Source: Ranitomeya imitator (taxonomy: Eukaryota). From it: a stretch of 64,000 nucleotides of DNA. The stretch lies in the NCBI RefSeq assembly GCF_032444005.1, contig NC_091290.1:19654001-19718000 (forward strand), given 5' to 3'. The first letter of the stretch is position 1. Each line of letters opens with the position of its first letter. Shown in pieces: positions 24,898-36,503 of this stretch. The notes beneath the pieces are model-generated. The model did no database searches and was not told where the DNA came from. It saw only the letters and a list, made by a program, of their open reading frames with translations. The translations under genes and the position numbers were made by a program.

Positions 24898-26626
24898 AAC
24901 TATAGACCTGTCTCTAATCTTCCCTTCATCTCTAAACTCCTCGAACGCCTGGTCCACTCCCGTCTTACCCGCTATCTCTCAGATAACTCTCATCTCGACC
25001 CTCTTCAATCTGGCTTCCGCTCTTTACACTCTACTGAAACCGCCCTCACTAAAGTCTCTAATGACCTACTAACAGCTAAATCTAATGGTCACTACTCCAT
25101 GCTAATTCTCTTGGATCTCTCTGCAGCATTCGACACTGTGGATCATCAGCTCCTCCTCACTATGCTCCGCTCCATCGGCCTCAAGGACACCATTCTCTCC
25201 TGGTTCTCCTCCTATCTCTCTGACCGATCCTTCACTGTATGTTTTGCTGGTCCTCCTCCTCTCACCTTCCCCTTACTGTTGGGGTTCCTCAAGGATCAGT
25301 CCTAGGCCCCCTCCTCTTCTCTTTGTATACTGCCCCTATTGGACAAACAATCAGTAGACTTGGTTTCCAGAACCATCTCTATGCTGACGACACCCAATTT
25401 TACACCTCTTCTCCTGTTATCACGCCGACCTTTTTAGAAAACACCAGTGATTGTCTTACCGCTGCCTCTAACATCATGTCCTCCCTCTATCTGAAACTGA
25501 ACCTGTCAAAAACTGAACTCCTCGTGTTCTCTCCCTCTACTAACCTACCTTTGCCTGACATTGCCATCTCCGTGTGCGGTTCCACCATTACTCCAAAGCA
25601 ACATGCCCGCTGCCTTGGGGTCATCCTTGATTCTGACCTTTCATTCACCCCCCCACATTCGATCACTGGCGCGCTCTTCTTACCTGCATCTCAAAAACAT
25701 TTCTAGAATTCGCCCTTTTCTTTCGACTCTGCAAAAACTCTTACTGTTTCACTTATTCATTCTCGTCTGGACTATTGTAACTCTCTACTAATCGGCCTCC
25801 CTCTTACCAAACTTTCCCCGCTCCAATCTGTCCTGAATGCTGCAGCCAGGATCATATTCCTCACCAACCGTTACACCGATGCCTCTACCTTGTGCCAGTC
25901 ATTACACTGGCTACCCATCCACTCCAGAATCCAGTACAAAACTACTACCCTCATCCACAAAGCACTCCATGGCTCAGCACCACCCTACATCTCCTCCCTG
26001 GTATCAGTCTACCACCCTACCCGTGCCCTCCGCTCCGCTAATGACCTCAGGTTAGCATCCTCAATAATCAGAACCTCCCATTCCCGTCTCCAAGACTTTA
26101 CACGTGCTGCGCCGATTCTTTGGAATGCACTACCTAGGTTAATACGATTAATCCCTAATCCCCACAGTTTTAAGCGTACCCTAAAAACTCATTTGTTCAG
26201 ACTGGCCTACCGCCTCAATGCATTAACCTAACGATCCCTGTGTGGCCTATTTAAAAAAAAAAAAAAACAGGTTCCTCGCATTATGTTCTCATTCTCTTTA
26301 TGCAGTTAATAGCCCTCTGTGTCTGTACTGCTACATACTTAGGCAGTTAACTGGTTCATGCAGCTTTACATGAACACCCGAGCCTTACACTATGGCTGGT
26401 CCGAATAACTATAGCAATTGTTACCATCCACCTCTCGTGTCTCCCCTTTTCCCCATAGTTTGTAAGCTTGCGAGCAGCAGGGCCCTCATTCCTCCTGGTA
26501 TCTGTTTTGAACTGTATTTCTGTTATGCTGTAATGTCTATTGTCTGTACAAATCCCCTCTATAATCTGTAAAGCGCTGCGGAATATGTTGGCGCTATATA
26601 AATAAAAATTATTATTATTATTATTA
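24898..26626 (+). mobile_element. 5'-truncated L2 LINE, RT domain with at least 3 frameshifts
   Basis: YRPVSNLPFISKLLER...LLDLSAAFDTVDH...[13 protein letters not shown]...YADDTQ...LHWLPIHSRIQYK; frame changes near 25255, 25650 and 25720; 3' stem-loop agcgc..gcgct and (ATT)n tail. Confidence 0.93.
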
Positions 26627-26757
26627 TACACACTGTGGCTGGCCTATATAGGCTATAAACAGCGGTCGCAGTATATATACACATAGTGGTATAACCTATA
26701 TAACGTACACACCGCAGTCGCAGTTTCACCTTCATAATGTATGTGTGAGTGAGTATA

Positions 26758-26790
<33 letters not shown>

Positions 26791-27087
26791 CTATGTACAG
26801 GCCCGGATTCTGGTGGGTCACTGGCACTGAGTTGGAAAGTGTCCTTTAAAACTGTTGAAGAAGCCCCTGTTTTAACATCAAGATAAGGTAAACAATGGTG
26901 ATGAGATTAAGGTAAGTAGCAATACTTGACCATTCAATCTATTTGCACAGTCTTTTCCTCTGTGCTTAGGAAGTCAACAAGCTGATTCCAGAATACAATA
27001 CACCATTAGCATATCAGAACACATCAATAAACAAAGCTAAACACACACTATGTACAAGTCACTATTACAGACTTACAAGGTATGTTA

Positions 27088-27402
27088 GGCTACGTTCACA
27101 TTAGCGTTCCGCTAATGTGCGTCGCTGTTGCATCGGCGACGCAGCGGCGACGCGCCCCTATGTTTAACATGGGGGACGCGTGCGTTTTTTTGTTGCGTTT
27201 TCCGACACGTGCGTCGTTTCCGACGCTAGCGTCGGACGCAAGAAAATGCAACAAGTTGCATTTTTTGTGCGTCCGATTTTCGTCAAAAAACGACGCACGC
27301 GTCGCAAAACGCAGCGTTTTTGCGTGCGTTTGCGCGCTTTTTTTGTGCGTCGTGCGTTGCGTCGCCGACGCAGCGGCGCGCAACGCTAATGTGAACGTAG
27401 CC
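27088..27402. mobile_element. PIF/Harbinger (Tourist-like) MITE
   Basis: Perfect TIR GGCTACGTTCACATTAGCGTT; TTA target duplication at 27085-27087 and 27403-27405; largely palindromic interior. Confidence 0.88.
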
Positions 27403-28133
27403 TTAGATAGTATATCAGTTTGCAAGTCTGTCTTCTTGACCCACCAGACATAAACACTTAAAGTCCACAAACCAATGTACAGATAAAAAGTCAGTTCTTT
27501 TTGGTTTGCAAAAACATGGTTGTCTGGAAAATTAAGATACAATCTGGTTTCTTCACACCCTCCTCTGCATATCCAAAGCTGCAGCTCTTTTTCAATTTCC
27601 CTCTCATCTCAAGGATTTGGGTAAGTCCCAAGATAAATGTTTCTATGTACCTGTATCATGTATGTACAATATATGTGATACTGCTACATGAATGAACATC
27701 AGTTATAAATTAAATCCTAAAAATGGCGACTCAACTATCACTGTTACTAAGCAGTCAAAAATAGCCAAAGAGTTAACAAAAACATATAGTTTATTGAAAA
27801 TTCTAATTTTCACATATAGCATACACAGTATAACCATATAGTAGATAATTAAAAGTTTGTGACTACATCCATAGATACAGACAATGACCCAAAAACACAG
27901 TCCGGGACAGTGACAAGCATTACCGATATTAGTAAATATAAAGTGAACGTACTGCTAACATCTAAATATTGGTATCTGCCAATATATGGCGGCACAGCTC
28001 AATAGTGTAAGCACATTGGTGGTGCTAATAAAGTCGCCATATACCTGTGTACAAAAAGGTGCAACAGATAAAATAAGGGGGGAAATTAATTACCCATATG
28101 TAGTGGAGGTCCCATCTGGATCCTGGTCACGTA

Positions 28134-28179
28134 CCCCGACGCGCGTTTCGCGTGCAATTATTACCGCTTCCTCAAGGGG
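28134..28179 (-). ncRNA. Minimal type I hammerhead ribozyme-like motif 1
   Basis: Minus strand: CCCC-UUGAGGA-A-GCG-guaauaauugca-CGC-GAAAC-GCGC-GUC-GGGG (stem I, core, stem II, palindromic stem III loop, GUC site). Confidence 0.6.
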
Positions 28180-28625
28180 CGTCAGGGTTAGAAGCAGCAG
28201 GGAACACATGCCACTCAGGTATTTTTGCTACTTTATGCACTTTAGGCAGTGGTTATTCACTAGGCACAAAGCCAGTCTTCTTATTTGATCTTTATATTAT
28301 ATTATTATATTCAATGGTGATGTGCAGTTGTATGATACAAGTACACATGGTAAATTTAAGTTCATCCATGAAGTGTGGTTGCTTTTCCAGAGGGAACATG
28401 TAACCCTGCCATGCAATGTATATTAATTGAGTAATATGGAATACTTTGTGGTGTGTTATTACCTGCTGGTCCTCTAGTTTGGCTTGAAGCATCCAGTATA
28501 TACTTGAATGATTTTATGTATTTGTTATGAATAGACTTTATTGATTTTATATATACACTCCTTGTTCTTTGATTGGTTCTGGGTTGATATATGCAACATG
28601 GGAATGGGGTCCCTGGTGGTCCAAA

Positions 28626-28660
28626 CCGACGCGTTTCGACCATTCAGGTCTTATTCATGG
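28626..28660 (-). ncRNA. Minimal type I hammerhead ribozyme-like motif 2 (variant core)
   Basis: Minus strand: CC-AUGAAUA-A-GACC-ugaau-GGUC-GAAAC-GC-GUC-GG; stem I only 2 bp. Confidence 0.45.
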
Positions 28661-29664
28661 AACATATACACACACTGTGGCTGGCCTATATGGGCTATAC
28701 ATAGCGGTCACAGTATATATACAGTACACAGTGGTATAGCCTATATTACGTACACACCGCAGCCGCAGTTTCACCTATATAATGTATTGAATTCTGTTGC
28801 GGGATGCAATTCGTTTTCTGATTTTTTTCCAGCCCAGTCGTGATCTGATCCGAGCTGGAAAAAAAATGCAGATGAAGACACCATCTTAGATTAACACTGG
28901 TCCGAATCCAATCCGATTTTTTTAACGGATTGAATTCGTCCGATTTCATCACAAGTGGGCATGAGCCCTTACTTTCTTACATTATTTACTTCACATGGAT
29001 AAACAGATATTAAGACTGTGATCAACTTTTTTTGAGCACCAAATCACCAGACAGGTTAATATGCTAGGTGGATGACGTGTCGCGTCTCTACATCATTCAC
29101 ACAGTCTCCCCGACATAGCGCTCCTGCACAGGCGTACTTCTGTGCCCTGATGAAGGCAGCGCAAAGTACTATCATTTTAATCAGTATAACGGCGCCAACC
29201 TGACACTGTCTGTAGTTTACTGTGCACAATCCTGCTGATAGGTTCCCTTTAAGACTGCATGAACATGTCACTAGCCAATGCCTGGATATGTGCAGATACT
29301 GAGTGTTACTGAGTGCAGTGGGCAAAACGTAGATTACTGAGATGACTTAATAGTCCTGCCAAAAATTATCTGTATTTCGTGCACACTTAAATCCATAGAC
29401 AGTGGGAATGAACCTGATTGTCTGAAGTAGAGCCCTCCTGAGAGCTGATGAAGCACAGAAAAAGTCATGGATGTGGGAGTGGGAGGTCCTGATTATGCTA
29501 GTCTTAGCTCATTGGAGTGTAGATATGGCAGTAGAGTGACAAATGGGAGGAGCTGTAGGATAATGCAGCACTGTGCAGAGCTTTGTGGGAGAGTGCAATG
29601 ACTGGTACGGAGTGGCGGCATCGGTGCAACTGCTGGACAGAAATATGAGCCTGACTGCTGCATT

Positions 29665-32623
29665 CAGGGCCGCCATCAGGGCATGACAGCCGTGACTGGC
29701 GTATGGGGCCCGGTGAGCAGAGGGGGCCCGCATCGGGCCCCGTCTCATCTGGTCACCGGGCCCCCCTGCAGGCGCTGCGGCAGCGGCACACTATTGACGT
29801 GCGGGCCCGCGCCCGCACGTCAATAGTTAACAGCCGCCAGCCAGTCTGAGGCTGGCGGCTGAATAGGGCCGCAGTGCGCACTCGCCGGCATCGCCGGCGT
29901 CTGACGTCATTGTCAGCCGCCGGGCCCGGCGGCGAGTGCGTCTGTGTGGAGCCTGGAGAGGGAGCTTCACCCGGCGCTGGAGCTTGGCCAGGTAAGAAGT
30001 TGTTTGTTTTTTTTCTTTGAGAGCTGCTGCGATCCAGGGGGGCCCGGGGGGCAGGATGATGGACACACAGGGGCAGAAATGCTGGACACACAGGGGCAGA
30101 ATGGTGGACACAGTGGGGCAGAATGCTGGACACACAGGGGCAGAAATGCCGGACACAGTGGGGCAGAAATGCTGGACACAGTGGGGCAGAAATGCTGGAC
30201 ACAGTGGGGCAGAATGGTGGACACAGTGGGGCAGAATGGTGGACACACAGGGGCAGAAATGCTGGACACAGTGGGGCAGAAATGCTGGACACAGTGGGGC
30301 AGAATGGTGGACACACAGGGGCAGAATGGTGGACACAGTGGGGCAGAATGCTGGACACACAGGGGCAGAAATGCCGGACACAGTGGGGCAGAATGGTGGA
30401 CACAGTGGGGCAGAATGCTGGACACAGTGGGGCAGAAATGCTGGACACAGTGGGACAGAATGGTGGACACACGGGCAGAATGGTGGACACACACGGGCAG
30501 AATGGTGGACACACAGGGACAGAATGGTGGACACACAGGGGCAGAATGGTGGACACAGTGGGGCAGAATGCTGGACACAGTGACACAGGGGCAGAAATGC
30601 CGGACACAGTGGGGCAGAATGGTGGACACAGTGGGGCAGAAATGCTGGACACAGTGGGGCAGAAATGCTGGACACAGTGGGACAGAATGGTGGACACACA
30701 GGGGCAGAATGGTGGACACACAGGGGCAGAATGGTGGACACAGTGGGGCAGAATGCTGGACACAGTGGGGCAGAAATGTGGACACACGGGCAGAAATGCT
30801 GGACACAGTGGGGCAGAAATGCTGGACACAGTGGGGCAGAAATGCTGGACACAGTGGGGCAGAAATGCTGGACACAGTGGGGCAGAAATGCTGGACACAG
30901 TGGGGCAGAAATGCTGGACACAGTGGGGCAGAAATGCTGGACACAGTGGGGCAGAAATGCTGGACACACAGTGGGGCAGAATGCTGGACACACAGTGGGG
31001 CAAAATGCTGGACACACAGTGGGGCAGAATGCTGGACACAGTGGGGCAGAAATGCTGGACACAGTGACAGGGGCAGAATGCTGGACACAGTGGGGCAGAA
31101 TGCTGGACACAGTGGGGCAGAAATGCTGGACACAGTGACAGGGGCAGAATGCTGGACACAGTGACAGGTGCAGAATGCTGGACACAGGGGCAGACTGTGA
31201 GACCCAGGGGCAGAATGGAGATATGGGGCATGATTGGAGACACGGGGCAGGATGAAAGACATGGGGGCATGACTGGAGACAGATGGGGCAGGATTGGAGA
31301 CAGATGGGGCAGAATGGAGACACAGGGGGCATGATTGGAGACAAGTGTCAGGATTGCAGACATGGGGGCATGGTTGGAGACATAGGGGGCAGAATGGAGA
31401 CATGGGGCATGATTGGAGACACTGGGGGCAGAATTGGAGACAGATCGTGCAGGATCATGGGGCAGGATGGATATGATGGAGACAGATGGGGCAGGATGGA
31501 GAGATCACATGGGGCGATCATATGGGGCAGGATAAGGAGATCATATGGGGCAGAATGGATACTCATGAGGGCAGGATGGGAGAATATCTGGCTGACGCCA
31601 GGAATGAGACACACGGGGCCAGGCTGGGTGATATTATTAATACCATAGGGGCTAATTTAGGGATATTATTACTGCAGTGATGTATTTATTTTATTTTTTG
31701 AGTATACTGTTTTAAATGGGGGGCGGTCCTGTTACTGTATAGAGTGATACTATGTCGCCTTCTTCATGTGGTGTAATGTAGAAGTTGTGAAAAATTAAGT
31801 AATGTGTTCTGCAAGCGGAGCTCGAGATAACTGTGTTATTTCCTGCAGAGAGAAGTCCTGGCTGGATGAAATGATGGCGGTCTGTGCTGGATGAAAGATG
31901 AAGGACTTCACCTAGAGACGTCACTGGTGAGTCAGTGTGTTACCTATACACTGACACTATACACTGTATACAGAGCTCCTGTGTATAATTTCACTAGTGA
32001 TCACTATATTATCTGTACACAGACACTGCATACTAAGTACAGATCTCCTGTGTATAATGGCACTTATGGTGATAGTATGGTGCTTTTTTAAAAATTACTG
32101 ATCAGAATTGTAGTATTCAGTCACTATGTGGTGGTAATATGTGGTCTGGACATGGTGTTGTGGTATTTGTTCCTTGTATGTGATATTATTCGATCACTGT
32201 GGTGGTAATATGTGGTCTGGTCATGGTGTTGTGGTATTTGTTCCTTCTATGTGATATTATTGGGCATTTTAAAAATTGAAAAATAAATAAAAATATACCT
32301 AAATTGTATTGCATATTTTAACAAATATTTAATAGGTTACAGCAGAGTAGGGCCCGGCCAAAAGTGTCTACCGTGTTATGGTGGCGGCTTAAAAAATCTT
32401 TTGGCCAAAACAAAAGCTGCCTGCTATATGTGTGATCTGGTGATGGGAACTGTTAATGTGTGATTGGTGAGAAGTGGAGTTTTTCCAAGAGAGAGCGGTG
32501 GGACTGTGGACAGTTCGAGGGGTGGAGCCTGGAGGCGGGGCTGGGGTGGAGCCTGGGCGGAGTCTCAAGGGGGCCCGAAAATTTTGCCAGTATGGGGCCC
32601 CGAAATTTCTAGTGGCAGCCCTG
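29665..32623 (+). mobile_element. Non-autonomous hAT transposon (2959 bp)
   Basis: TIRs CAGGGCCGCCA / rc CAGGGCTGCCA; perfect 8-bp TSD GCTGCATT at 29657-29664 and 32624-32631; GGGCCC subterminal repeats at both ends; no transposase ORF. Confidence 0.92.
30055..31560. repeat. About 23-bp G-rich minisatellite inside the hAT element, decaying rightwards
   Basis: Tandem ggacacagtggggcagaaatgct and variants; degenerate beyond about 31190. Confidence 0.95.
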
Positions 32624-32794
32624 GCTGCATTCAAGATAATGACAAATACATTTAGTGACACGAAGAGCAATTAGTAACTTAAAATTAGTTGTGAATTCAG
32701 GATGAAAAGGAATCAGAGCAACAGTAACGGTTTTAGTTTTTTTTTTTATTAATAATAGGATAGAAGGTTAAGGGATTAACAAATCCAGGAACAT

Positions 32795-34030
32795 TATCAA
32801 TAGACGAAATCATAGTCAGGAACAAAGCCGGGGTCAGGTACCAAGTGATCAGTAAAAGCCAAGTCTGGCGAGCAGTATGAATACCGCGGCGCCTGGTGAC
32901 AGAGGCAGAACATGTACGGGTATCAATAGACGAAATCATAGTCAGGAACAAAGCCGGGGTCAGGTACCAGGTGATCAGTAACAGCCAAGTCTGGCGAGCA
33001 GTATGAATACTGCGGCGCTGGGTGACAGAGGCAAAACATGTCCGGGTATCAATAGACGAAATCATAGTCAGGAACAAAGCCGGGGTCAGGTACCAGGTGA
33101 TCAGTAACAGCCAAGTCTGGTGAGCAGTATGAATACCGCGGCGCCTGGTGACAGAGGCAAAACATGTCCGGGTATCAATAGACGAAATCATAGTCAGGAA
33201 CAAAGCCGGGGTCAGGTACCAGGTGATCAGTAAAGGCCAAGTCTGGCAAGCAGTATGATTACCGCGGTGCCTGGTGACAGAGGCAGAACATGTCCGGGTA
33301 TCAATAGATGAAATCATAGGAACAAAGCCGGGGTCAGGTACCAGGTGATCAGTAAAGGCCAAGTCTGGTGAGCAGTATGATTACCGCGGTGCCTGGTGAC
33401 AGAGGCAGAACATGTCCGGGTATCAATAGATGAAATCATAGGAACAAAGCCGGGGTCAGGTACCAGGTGATCAGTAAAAGCCAAGTCTGGCGAGCAGTAT
33501 GAATACCGCGGCGCCTGGTGACAGGGGCAGAACATGTCCGGGTATCAATAGATGAAATCATAGGAACAAAGCCGGGGTCAGGTACCAGGTGATCAGTAAA
33601 GGCCAAGTCTGGCGAGCAGTATGATTACCGCGGTGCCTGGTGACAGAGGCAGAACATGTCCGGGTATCAATAGATGAAATCATAGGAACAAAGCCGGGGT
33701 CAGGTACCAGGTGATCAGTAAAAGCCAAGTCTGGCGAGCAGTATGAATACCGCGGCGCCTGGTGACAGAGGCAGAACATGTCCGGGTATCAATAGACGAA
33801 ATCATAGGAACAAAGCTGGGATCAGGTACCAGGTGATCAGTAAAAGCCAAGTCTGGCGAGCAGTATGAATACCGCGGCGCCTGGTGACAGAGGCAGAACA
33901 TGTCCGGGTATCAATAGACGAAATCATAGGAACAAAGCTGGGGTCAGGTACCAGGTGATCAGTAAAAGCCAAGTCTGGCGAGCAGTATGAATACCGCGGC
34001 GCTTGGTGACAGAGGCAGAACATGTCCGGG
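32795..34030. repeat. Tandem array of 4 x 126 bp plus 6 x 122 bp units
   Basis: Unit starts at 32795, 32921, 33047, 33173, 33299, 33421, 33543, 33665, 33787, 33909; 4-bp indel (atcatagtcagg vs atcatagg). Confidence 0.95.
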
Positions 34031-36429
34031 TAAAGATGTAACGGTCAGAAGGCCACAGGTAGATGGTGAAGATCCTTCTATACAGGTCCAGCAGTGATGG
34101 TGGATCTGCTGGACTTCAGGATGCTAGATGTGGAGGATTCCAGTCTTTTAGATGGGGTTGGGGCAACAGCAACAACATGTAAATGCGCGAGCAGCCCAGG
34201 ATAATCCACGACGGCAGGATGATAAGATCCGGCAGAGGAGGGGACCTGTGAGAAGAGAAGTAAATATAATGTAAGTGACGGGACTCCATATTACTTGATA
34301 CTAATATACGATCACTGTGGCCGGACATCAGAGGAATCTTACTATACAGAGGTCGGGGATCACTGTCAGCCATCAGACAATATCTTCTCCACATGATTCT
34401 TTCTCATTGATTGACATTACACAACATTAAGCTGATTCTCACACTTACGTTGTCTCTTTTCCTCCTTTTTTTCATTTTCAGAGTTCTGTTGTGCTCTACT
34501 CAAAGGTATCGAAGATTTTCTGTCCTCAGGAACTAAAATATCCGATCAGATTGTGAAAAACAAACAAACAAACAAACATCAGTAGCAACGTATTCTTATA
34601 GTATCTGCATTGTATCTATAACATAAGTAAAGGGACGACTTATTACATGTCACTATTGTGCAGTCACTGTGGCCAAACGGTAGAGAAATCTTATTCATAA
34701 AAAGATCAGGGATCATTTATCGTCGCTCCCCCTTTCCCCCCCTCCCCAGCCTAAAAAAAGCATCCCGCAGCCGCCACAAAAAAAGGTGCATCCATTAGAT
34801 GAAAAGTCCTTTAATTCTAAAAAGAACTCGCCAACCCTTTTTTACCCATTTTTTACCTTTTAAAAAAAATAATCTAAAGGGATCCACCGTAGAGCGATCC
34901 TATGTCCCATTATGATCCCGGATAAGGTTACTAATGTCAGCGCTCATCTCAGCAGCTGGACTCACGCTGCTGTCATTGTGTTCTGGCTGGTACAGGCACC
35001 AGCTGGTGAGTACTATCATCAGCAATGCCTGCTCTTGCTATCAGCTAGAGCAGGCAACGCTGATGACAGTAGTAGTTATCAGCTGACACCTGACCGACCG
35101 TAATCTTTTCACCGCCAGTAACAGATGCACACTCCCATGTTGTCCTGTGTGACAGCGTGGAAACCCATCTGTTCATTCAGATACCTGAATGTAACCCTAA
35201 GGCCATGACAAAATGAAGGGTGGGGCAGCACTTCTGCTAGGAAGATGCTGAAGATCGGGCACGGATCTCTGGTGCCTCCCTCTTTTCTTCTCCTCTCCCT
35301 CTTTATTTACTAATACATGCACCAATCAGAGACAGTTCACAGGGAAGAAAACCTATCCATCCCATGCTACGGTCCCCAGACTGGCCAGGTTTGCTAGCCA
35401 AATACCTGCAAAGCACTTGTGAGTATGTACAATGGCAAAAACAGAAATATATTTTCCCACCATTTAACCCCTTCAGGAGGAAATATAACAAATAGGGTAA
35501 TGTCATGTGTTTCTTTCATGAAGGTCCAGGGATCACCATTACTTTTGCTGAATTGGTTCTACTTTTTGGGATAATTGTCAAGAGTGTGTCTCGTCCTCCT
35601 GGGAGATCTGGGGTTAGAAGATCACTACTTATTGTGAATTGCAGATCTTCCATTTTTTGTGTCCCATATTAAATTAATTTAATTTCCTTTGGTGCTGAAG
35701 AGGATAACGACCATTTCTAGGCTGGTATAGACTCAGGTCTCTCTACCTTCAAGAGTACCCCTGGGACAGGAATAGTTGAGGGCCCAGTTCTAGGGACAGT
35801 TTGAGGCCCCTTTTGTTACCGAAAACCGTCACAGCGTGACAATAGTTCATCCATACAAATAATGATTTCCTAGGTAATGAAATATCCTATGTAATTATTT
35901 TATATTTCTAGGCTTACAATGCTATAAAAGCGACTTTGAGGCCAGAATTTTATTTTAATTAATTAACTATTAATTATTTCAAAAACTAGAGCCAATCTGG
36001 CAAAACCAAAGCAATATTTTTAATCAGCACCATAAACTTAATATAAAACCGTTAAGACATCATTGGCACCAAAATCTCTGTTTACCAGTGCAATGTAAGT
36101 AAAGGAAAGCCTTATTACATGATACGCCTTATTACATGATACTATTGTGCACGAACAGCAGAGGAATGTTATCATACAGAAGTCAGCGATCATTGTCAGC
36201 CATCATACATGCGACAATCCCATCACTGACAGATAACATCTGCTCCAGATGAATGATCTGGTAATCTGGAAAAACTGTACAAAGTTAGAGAAATGTATGG
36301 GCCTATGGGCAACATAATTGGGATCCATGAAACATGGACAGCATAGGAGACCAATTACAGAAAAAACATGTGGCAATATTTGAGATGAAGTCAACATTCT
36401 TATTTGTAGTGCTGTAGACATGTACGTAC

Positions 36430-36503
36430 CTGACGATGGGGATGACCATTGCAAACTGGTAATATCATCATCTCTAATAGATGCAGGAACAGATTCTTTC
36501 TGC
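36430..36503 (-). CDS. MAST-like kinase, post-kinase exon
   Basis: cag|G CAG AAA GAA TCT...[24 protein letters not shown]|gtacgt; phase fits, no homology support. Confidence 0.55.

Larger units (their letters stand above)
27780..28665 (-). mobile_element. Probable Penelope-like element terminal-repeat remnants
   Basis: Two GAAAC-GC(GC)-GTC hammerhead-like motifs on the minus strand, each followed by a minus-strand AATAAA (about 27791 and 28537); no PLE ORF seen. Confidence 0.45.

Noticed and set aside
29147-29175. CTGATGAA hammerhead core on the plus strand
   Set aside because: No stem II/GAAA/NUH arrangement follows
29753-31403. ORFs of 300-536 aa (His/Cys/Pro-rich) on both strands
   Set aside because: Translations of the 23-bp minisatellite inside the hAT; no transposase motifs
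32733-34023. 209-aa and 73-aa repeated ORFs
   Set aside because: Arise from the 126/122-bp tandem units; the 122-bp units shift frame each copy; no spacers, so not CRISPR
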